Shown piece by piece: positions 1 through 5,550 of a stretch of 13,536 nt of DNA. The position numbers and the translations under genes were made by a program. Origin of the DNA: a virus (taxonomy: Duplodnaviria > Heunggongvirae > Uroviricota > Caudoviricetes); IMG/VR virus record IMGVR_UViG_2671180571_000005, positions 1-13,536 of that record; one strand, written 5' to 3'. The notes under the pieces are model-generated. The model was not told the origin of the DNA. It did no database searches and saw only the letters and a list, made by a program, of their open reading frames with translations. Numbering within the stretch: the stretch's first letter is position 1; each line of letters opens with the position of its first letter.

Positions 1-127
1 GATATTGTGTTTTTGTTTATTATCCGTCATTATGTTCTGTTAGTTTGTGACTAAGTTAACGCGTTATTAGTTATCTTATTCTCAAATTGTGTTACGATAA
101 TCCGAGCGGACAATCAGGAGAGGAAAG

Positions 128-2011
128 ATGAGCAAAGTAAAAATCGGTGAATTAATAAACTCACTTGTTAGCGATGTTGAGTCAATAGATAACTCTGACC
201 GTCCTCAAGGGGAAAAAACAAAAAAAATAAAAGCTGTTGCATTAAAATTTAAAAATGCATTATTTAATGACAAGCGAAAGTTTAGGGGGAAAGGATTAGA
301 AAAAAGAATTACAGCCAACACATTCAATGCCTATATGAGCAGGGCCAGAAAACGGTTTGATGATAAACTTCATCATAGCTTTGAAAAAAATATACATCGC
401 CTATCTGAAAAGTATCCTTTATATAATGAGGAGCTATTATCATGGCTTTCTCTACCTGCTGCCGATATTCGCCAGAGAATGTCAGCTTTACAGGCAAAAT
501 TAAAATTAATTCTCCCTTTATCAGAAGATTTATCTAATATCAGAATTGGTGATAACAAAAGTCATAATAAGTTATTAAAATTATCAAATAAATATAAAGA
601 GTGGCAATTCGCCATTTCTGATTTAACTAGCGATAACTGGAAAGATAAGCGCGATTATTTATATAAATTACTACAGCAAGGATCTGCCTTACTTGAGGAG
701 TTGAATCAGCTAAAAGTTAACCATGAGATTCTCTATCATCTTCAACTAAGCCCTGCCGAACGCGCATCTATCCAGCAACGATGGGCAGACGTTCTGCACA
801 ATAAGAAACGTAACGTGGTGGTCATTGATTACCCTAAATATATGCAAGCTATTTACGATATTATAAATAGCCCTGCTACATTAAATAATCTAAACACTCG
901 TTCAGGTATGGCTCCTTTGGCATTTGCACTTGCTGCATTGTCAGGAAGACGAATGATTGAGATTATGTATCAAGGTACATTTACTGTTTCTGGTAAGTAT
1001 ACCGTTGATTTTTTAGGCCAAGCAAAAAAAAGAACTTCTGATGATATAACCAGAAAAATATATACATTATGCGAAGCAAAAACATTTGTTTATTTAATAA
1101 ATGTACTTCGCTCATGCCCAGCAGCATCTGATTTTGATGATGTTGTTAAAGGTTATGGAGATAACGACACACGCTCTGAAAACGGACGGATTAATGCCAT
1201 ATTAGCAAAGGCTTTTAACCCGTGGGTTAAATCATTTTTCAAAGATGACCGCCGTGTTTATAAAGATAGTCGTGCTATTTATGCCCGTATTGCGTATGAA
1301 ATGTTTTTCCGCGTAGATCCTCGTTGGAAAAACGTAGATGAGGATGTTTTCTTTATGGAAATTTTAGGCCATGACGATGAAAACACTCAATTACACTATA
1401 AGCAATTCAAGCTGGCCAACTTCTCAAAGACATGGAGGCCAAATACTGGAAACGAAAATACCAGGCTGGAAGCATTGCAGCAGCTTGATGACGAAATGCC
1501 AGGATTCGCCAGAGGAGATGCCGGAGTTCGTCTGCATAACACAGTTAAGCAGCTGGTAGAGCAGGACCCCTCTATAAAAATCACGAACAGCACTCTAAGA
1601 GCATTCAAATTTAGCCCTACAATGATTAGTCGATACCTGGAATTTGCTGCTGATGCTCTGGGGCAATTTGTTGGCGAAAATGGACAATGGCAGCTGAAAA
1701 TAGATTCTCCAGAAATCGTTATGCCTGACGAAGAAGAGCTGGAAGCAATACCTGAACAGGCGGATGAATTATCAGAGGATGACGATCTGGATGACGACGA
1801 AATTGAGATAGAGGAAGAGAGCATAGAAGAACAGCAACCACCCGCGCCTTCTTCACCTGTATCTAAGCCGGTATTTAAGCCTGTGAGAAATATTGGTGAT
1901 GGCTCATACGTTGTTGAGTTTCATTATAATGGCCAGAATTATGCTTGGTCCGGCAGTGCAAACAGCCCTATGTCAGCAATGCAGTTAGCATGGCTGACAT
2001 ATTTCGGATAA
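128..2011 (+). CDS. telN: Protelomerase (telomere resolvase), TelN/TelK family
   Basis: 627-aa ORF with SD AGGAG (116-120) 7 nt upstream of the ATG. The translation (MSKVKIGELIN..., ...RAIYARIAYEMFF..., acidic C-terminal tail) is recognisably very similar to coliphage N15 TelN as I remember it. Recognised from memory, not searched. Confidence 0.85.
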   Translation: MSKVKIGELINSLVSDVESIDNSDRPQGEKTKKIKAVALKFKNALFNDKRKFRGKGLEKRITANTFNAYMSRARKRFDDKLHHSFEKNIHRLSEKYPLYNEELLSWLSLPAADIRQRMSALQAKLKLILPLSEDLSNIRIGDNKSHNKLLKLSNKYKEWQFAISDLTSDNWKDKRDYLYKLLQQGSALLEELNQLKVNHEILYHLQLSPAERASIQQRWADVLHNKKRNVVVIDYPKYMQAIYDIINSPATLNNLNTRSGMAPLAFALAALSGRRMIEIMYQGTFTVSGKYTVDFLGQAKKRTSDDITRKIYTLCEAKTFVYLINVLRSCPAASDFDDVVKGYGDNDTRSENGRINAILAKAFNPWVKSFFKDDRRVYKDSRAIYARIAYEMFFRVDPRWKNVDEDVFFMEILGHDDENTQLHYKQFKLANFSKTWRPNTGNENTRLEALQQLDDEMPGFARGDAGVRLHNTVKQLVEQDPSIKITNSTLRAFKFSPTMISRYLEFAADALGQFVGENGQWQLKIDSPEIVMPDEEELEAIPEQADELSEDDDLDDDEIEIEEESIEEQQPPAPSSPVSKPVFKPVRNIGDGSYVVEFHYNGQNYAWSGSANSPMSAMQLAWLTYFG

Positions 2012-2022
2012 ATCATACGGTA

Positions 2023-2055
2023 AAGGCACCGAATTATCGGTGCCTTGTTGTGTGG
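2023..2055. terminator. Stem-loop between convergent telN and Bro-N operon; possible bidirectional terminator
   Basis: Perfect 9-bp inverted repeat aaggcaccg (2023-2031) / cggtgcctt (2038-2046) with a 6-nt loop, 12 bp after the telN stop, followed on + by GTTGTGTGG. The U-tract is poor in both directions, so strength is uncertain. Confidence 0.45.
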
Positions 2056-2182
2056 CCTACCTCGCCTGCCCCCTGCAAAGGGTAGAAGTAACGGAGGAAA
2101 CGCGGCTGCAACCACAGACATCACCGCCCCGACTGCGAGGCTTCCCCTCACTAAGAAGGGCATAAATTCGGGCTGGCCAACC

Positions 2183-2956
2183 CTATTTATTAGTGATTTC
2201 TGCTGGCTTTAACTGCGCGGATAACTGCTCAAGTTTTTGAACTGCCAGTTCAAAATGCGCGGGTAACGCCTTTTCCAGATCAGAGTTAATATCGGTGATG
2301 GGCAAATCACCACACGACATACTCCGCCTACCCCCACGAACAACATCACGCAACAACTCTCGTTCATACGTGCGCATGTTCCCCAATGCCGACTCAGCAG
2401 CCGTCAAAATCCGGCGCAGTTCTGCCGTAATTGCTGGCAAATCATCAACAGTTATGGGGTTCGGGGATGGATTACGACACGCCCGACGCAAAGCTAACCA
2501 TACACCGCTAATCCAGGCATTTCGGTACTGAAAACTTTGTGCTATATCGTTAATCAGCCCTCGCAGATACTCTTTCTGCCTCCAGTTCAACGGCTCTGCT
2601 GCTCGCATTGGCTCAGGCTCGATGTAAACGTACTCTCCATTTTTGCGAATAGAGGGCAAGACTTCGTTCGTTACCCATTTGCGAAACCGCCAAGCTGTTG
2701 TGCCTTGCTTCACCGCGTCACGGCAGCGGAGAATGAGGGTGTAAAGACCTGATTCGCTGATGATATTGGCTTGACCTTGACGGCCTATGTTAAACATAGA
2801 TCGCTCATCTTCATCTAATCTAGCGATAGCTTGTGTGACATTCTGGATGCTTAAAGCATTGCAAATATCATTCGCCACAAACCACGGATCGCCGTTAATC
2901 ATCACTACACGTACCTGATGCTCTTCCTGAAAGGAAAAGACTGCTAACGCGCTCAT
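2183..2956 (-). CDS. Bro-N domain protein, putative antirepressor
   Basis: 257-aa ORF with strong SD AGGAGG 4-5 nt upstream. N-terminus FSFQEEHQVRVVMINGDPWFVANDICNALSI matches the Bro-N / phage antirepressor N-terminal signature (F.F....IRV....G.PWF.A.D....L). Start overlaps the stop of the upstream gene as ATGA. Last gene of an icd-like operon, the position occupied by ant in P1. Confidence 0.7.
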   Translation of the reverse strand: MSALAVFSFQEEHQVRVVMINGDPWFVANDICNALSIQNVTQAIARLDEDERSMFNIGRQGQANIISESGLYTLILRCRDAVKQGTTAWRFRKWVTNEVLPSIRKNGEYVYIEPEPMRAAEPLNWRQKEYLRGLINDIAQSFQYRNAWISGVWLALRRACRNPSPNPITVDDLPAITAELRRILTAAESALGNMRTYERELLRDVVRGGRRSMSCGDLPITDINSDLEKALPAHFELAVQKLEQLSAQLKPAEITNK

Positions 2957-3186
2957 TCAGCCTCCTTATCGCGCAGCAAGTGCGACGAGAGAGACGCAGA
3001 ATATCCCTGTGCTTCATGCGTTAACTCACACGCAATCTGCAGAAGTTTTCCAGCCTCTGAGAGGTAAATCGACGCCTCACAACTGGAGACTGTCCGATGG
3101 GCTGATGATACGAGCGCATAGACCTGAGCCAGACGTTCATCCAACGATTCCAGCAGGCCAACAGTGTTCATTTTTACCTGATTCAT
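2953..3186 (-). CDS. Hypothetical protein (77 aa), middle gene of the icd-like/antirepressor operon
   Basis: ORF with SD GAGGTG 5 nt upstream. ATGA overlap with the icd-like ORF upstream and with the Bro-N gene downstream (translational coupling on both sides). No recognisable motif. Confidence 0.55.
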   Translation of the reverse strand: MNQVKMNTVGLLESLDERLAQVYALVSSAHRTVSSCEASIYLSEAGKLLQIACELTHEAQGYSASLSSHLLRDKEAE

Positions 3187-3347
3187 GCAGCCACCTCGCG
3201 CACCGGAATACGGGCAGATAATACCAGGACAAACCGGCTGGCGAACTGGCGACGAGCTTCCCGTTCAGATGACGCGATAGTGGAAAGATGATGAATGTGG
3301 GACTTTTTGTCTGTGCGAACGACTGCCGCAAATTTGAATTTGAACAT
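3183..3347 (-). CDS. icd: Icd-like host cell division inhibitor (54 aa)
   Basis: Not in the supplied ORF track (below size cutoff). My translation: MFKFKFAAVVRTDKKSHIHHLSTIASSEREARRQFASRFVLVLSARIPVREVAA. The pattern F.F.AV.R.D....EREARR...F.L..AR.PV.EV is what I remember for Icd-like proteins of P1-type immI regions. SD GGAG 8 nt upstream; its stop overlaps the next start (ATGA). The 128-aa track ORF 3137..3523 in another frame is probably spurious. Confidence 0.55.
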   Translation of the reverse strand: MFKFKFAAVVRTDKKSHIHHLSTIASSEREARRQFASRFVLVLSARIPVREVAA

Positions 3348-3402
3348 GGTATGCACTCCGTTTTATTGGTCGTGCTACCACCAGAGTTGCGAATCTCTTT
3401 AT

Positions 3403-3482
3403 TGGTGGTAGCCCAGGCGGGGTTCGCAATACCGGTAAACGAAGAAACCGGCCCGACCGAAGTCAGCCCCACCTGAGCCACC
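3403..3482 (-). ncRNA. Candidate C4/CI/cA-type antisense immunity RNA (tRNA-like, 3' ...ACCACCA)
   Basis: On the minus strand the 5' end GGUGGCUCAGG (3482-3472) pairs with the 3' end CCUGGGCUACC (two G-U pairs), giving an acceptor-like stem ending ACCACCA. Internal UUCG-tetraloop hairpin CUGAC-UUCG-GUCGG and CCGGU-N10-ACCGG stem. Two segments (AUUGCGAA at 3430-3423, GCUACCACCA at 3412-3403) are complementary to repeated targets upstream (3552-3565) and downstream (3374-3395) on the same strand. Ends are approximate; folded by eye. Confidence 0.4.
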
Positions 3483-3513
3483 ATAATTCGGATATGCGCA
3501 GGTCTATACACAC

Positions 3514-3536
3514 AAAAAAACACGCTGGCGCGTGTT
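3514..3536 (-). terminator. Rho-independent terminator-like hairpin in the leader of the icd-like operon
   Basis: Minus strand reads AACACGC-GCCA-GCGUGUU followed by a run of U (plus-strand A-run 3514-3520). Sits between the upstream target repeat and the candidate RNA; could be the regulated attenuator or the terminator of the lipoprotein transcript. Confidence 0.4.
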
Positions 3537-3727
3537 GTGCGCTTCGTTTTGCCAGGATTGCGAAGTCCCGACTGCGGGATTTACCGCAGCGAGGTGACTT
3601 TACCTCCAAAACGACGCACACGTCAATAATTTGCAAAGACATTTTACCCCGTGACCAGTCACGGGGACAGGTGTTTTTATAGTTTGCTTGAACAAACGAT
3701 CAGAACATGAACAATGTTATTGTTCCG

Positions 3728-4540
3728 TTATAAGAAAGCCTCACGCGAACGGAACACCCACTCTAGCTGTACTGGATAAATTTCTCCCGTTTTAATATTT
3801 ATTATGCGCGCGGCTAATAACTCACCCATAAAAACCTGAGTTTTATGGCTCATATCTGACGGGTTAAAAATAGTAGGTGATGTTATATCAATATGATTGC
3901 TGCTTAACCCATTTATCTTTGCTAAATATTCAATTCTAAGGTCTTTTACATTAACATCTTTTGGCATTTGTCCTTTTATATCAATATCTGCCCATATTGT
4001 TTCAGGGTTCCCTTCATTTATTTGTGTACTACCAAAGATAATTTCGGCACCTAAAGTATTTAACACTTCTACATCAGCAGATATTCCAAAAGCATTAGCA
4101 CCAACATAGCTTCCATGCTTTGTTATTTCAGAGGAATCGACATGAAAACCATACCATCCAGACATATCTCGAGATGTTATCACGCTATCACTACCGCTAT
4201 TCTCAGCAAAATCACGGTTAAGATATGTTCCTGAGTATGTGATACTTCTAGGGATAGACAAACCTTGAGATGTTAAAACGTTGTTGTATGGCGCGTATGT
4301 TAATGAGTGAACGACATATCCACGCCATGAACCATCATCTATCTTTGATGCAATAATTCTATTAAATTCCTTACCTGTGAGTATTTTGCTGCTAAAATCA
4401 CCAACAGAGTTGATAGGTACTCTTTTTTCTTTTTCGAATTTATACTCAACGTCCGTTGATGCCTTATTATCATATTGATAAGTGCATCCAGATAATAACA
4501 AGATAGAGAGTAATAAAGCTGTTGTTTTTTTGTTACGCAT
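3728..4540 (-). CDS. Lipoprotein of unknown function (AT-rich moron)
   Basis: 270-aa ORF. N-terminus MRNKKTTALLLSILLLSGC has a basic n-region, hydrophobic core and lipobox L-S-G-C (signal peptidase II type). Local GC about 32-35 percent against about 48-50 percent in repA (hand count of 60-bp samples). AT-rich upstream region 4541-4629. Confidence 0.7.
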   Translation of the reverse strand: MRNKKTTALLLSILLLSGCTYQYDNKASTDVEYKFEKEKRVPINSVGDFSSKILTGKEFNRIIASKIDDGSWRGYVVHSLTYAPYNNVLTSQGLSIPRSITYSGTYLNRDFAENSGSDSVITSRDMSGWYGFHVDSSEITKHGSYVGANAFGISADVEVLNTLGAEIIFGSTQINEGNPETIWADIDIKGQMPKDVNVKDLRIEYLAKINGLSSNHIDITSPTIFNPSDMSHKTQVFMGELLAARIINIKTGEIYPVQLEWVFRSREAFL

Positions 4541-4629
4541 AATATTAACTTAACCTATTTGATTAATAATATGTTATTCCATTAAATAAAATATGCCGAG
4601 AACGGTTTAACTTGAACAGTCATCACTAT

Positions 4630-5037
4630 TCAATCAACTTTTTTAGCATCAGCCATACGCTTCAACCAGTAATCAACAATCGGTTGCTCATCCACAGAAT
4701 GTTTACCAGGTATAACTCGCCAGCTATCTTGCGAAAATCTGCCGTACTTACGCGGGAATAGGCCTTTCTTTATCTCCCGCCATGTACTAGGAAAACCATC
4801 CACAAAAGTACCAATTAACAGGAGAGGGACAAAAATCAGAGCTACAAACCATCGTGCAAGAAAGTGTTCAACAACAACATTTTCACCGTTGTAGTAATAC
4901 GCATACGCATCCAATATGCGAATTTTCCTTACCTTAAAAATAGCCTTATGCTGAGAACGACTTAACTTGATACGAATGTATCCCTTATCCAAAGGGGATT
5001 CGTATTCGTATGATTGAACAGCCATTTTTAACCCCAC
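4630..5037 (-). CDS. Hypothetical membrane protein (135 aa)
   Basis: ORF with one strongly hydrophobic segment (WFVALIFVPLLLIGTFV). Start overlaps the end of the upstream 108-aa gene by 10 bp. No recognisable catalytic motif. Confidence 0.5.
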   Translation of the reverse strand: MGLKMAVQSYEYESPLDKGYIRIKLSRSQHKAIFKVRKIRILDAYAYYYNGENVVVEHFLARWFVALIFVPLLLIGTFVDGFPSTWREIKKGLFPRKYGRFSQDSWRVIPGKHSVDEQPIVDYWLKRMADAKKVD

Positions 5038-5354
5038 TCACCATCAGCAAACAAAGCGTTATACTCTGACAATGGTAGACGGTTGCCCTCGATGTAGAGA
5101 TTCAGTTCATACTTCGTCTCCGGGTTTTCCTTGTCGGCTCGTTCCCAACGCTCAGCAGCCTTACGCGCCAATAATTCCACTGCTTTCAGATAATCCTCCG
5201 TACGGAACCAGCCAAAGATAAGGCCACGATCTGTTACAGCCCAGGCGACCTTTTTTTCTTCCTCCTGGATAGCCCTAATGCGTCGTTCGCATTCATCCCG
5301 GCAGAACTGCAGCTGACGGTAATCAAGTTTGTCCAAAAATGCAGTAGTAGACAT
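5028..5354 (-). CDS. Hypothetical protein (108 aa)
   Basis: ORF with SD GGGGAG about 7 nt upstream of the ATG; tightly packed between the small membrane ORF and the 135-aa gene. Function unknown. Confidence 0.5.
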   Translation of the reverse strand: MSTTAFLDKLDYRQLQFCRDECERRIRAIQEEEKKVAWAVTDRGLIFGWFRTEDYLKAVELLARKAAERWERADKENPETKYELNLYIEGNRLPLSEYNALFADGEWG

Positions 5355-5358
5355 ATTT

Positions 5359-5550
5359 TTACTCCCCGTTCACCGAAAATTCACGATAGAAACGTTTCCA
5401 CATACGATAAGTCTGCGCAAATTGTTCACCACGAAACATCGCCTTCCTGGCCTTCATGTTTTCCTTGTGAGACTTTCGGTCTATGAACCAAAACCATTGC
5501 TGGAACACACAAAGCAAGAGACACAAAGATAATATCCACTCATTACCCAT
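5359..5550 (-). CDS. Small hypothetical membrane protein (63 aa)
   Basis: I place the start at the internal ATG (5550) just upstream of the repA stop rather than the track's 102-aa extension, which overlaps repA by about 125 bp. Product MGNEWILSLCLLLCVFQQWFWFIDRK... has one hydrophobic helix. Weak SD. Fills the gap between repA and the 108-aa gene exactly. Confidence 0.35.
   Translation of the reverse strand: MGNEWILSLCLLLCVFQQWFWFIDRKSHKENMKARKAMFRGEQFAQTYRMWKRFYREFSVNGE

Noticed and set aside
1396-1824. 142-aa minus-strand ORF antisense to telN, and the other short ORFs inside telN (373..558, 1371..1559)
   Set aside because: Serine-rich or low-complexity translations nested in a confidently called gene; typical antisense artefacts.
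1939-2163. 74-aa minus-strand ORF spanning the telN 3' end and terminator
   Set aside because: Overlaps telN and the terminator hairpin; Gly/Ala/Pro/Arg-rich translation from GC-rich intergenic sequence; no SD.
3403-3482. Possible tRNA gene (acceptor-like stem and 3' ACCACCA)
   Set aside because: I could not draw a D-arm, anticodon arm or T-loop (GTTCRANYC); the tRNA-like end fits better with an RNase P-processed antisense RNA.
3137-3523. 128-aa minus-strand ORF from the track
   Set aside because: Overlaps the icd-like gene, the 77-aa gene start and the structured RNA in a different frame; low-complexity translation with no SD. The 54-aa icd-like frame is better supported.
3494-3682. 62-aa + strand ORF in the anti-immunity leader region
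   Set aside because: Runs through the terminator and promoter-like elements on the opposite strand of a region better explained as regulatory RNA; no SD.
2950-3700. LexA box (CTGT-N8-ACAG) controlling the antirepressor operon
   Set aside because: Scanned by eye on both strands here and around 11300-11900; the only near match (CTGT-N8-CTGG at 3670-3655, minus) has two mismatches in one half-site and coincides with a hairpin stem.
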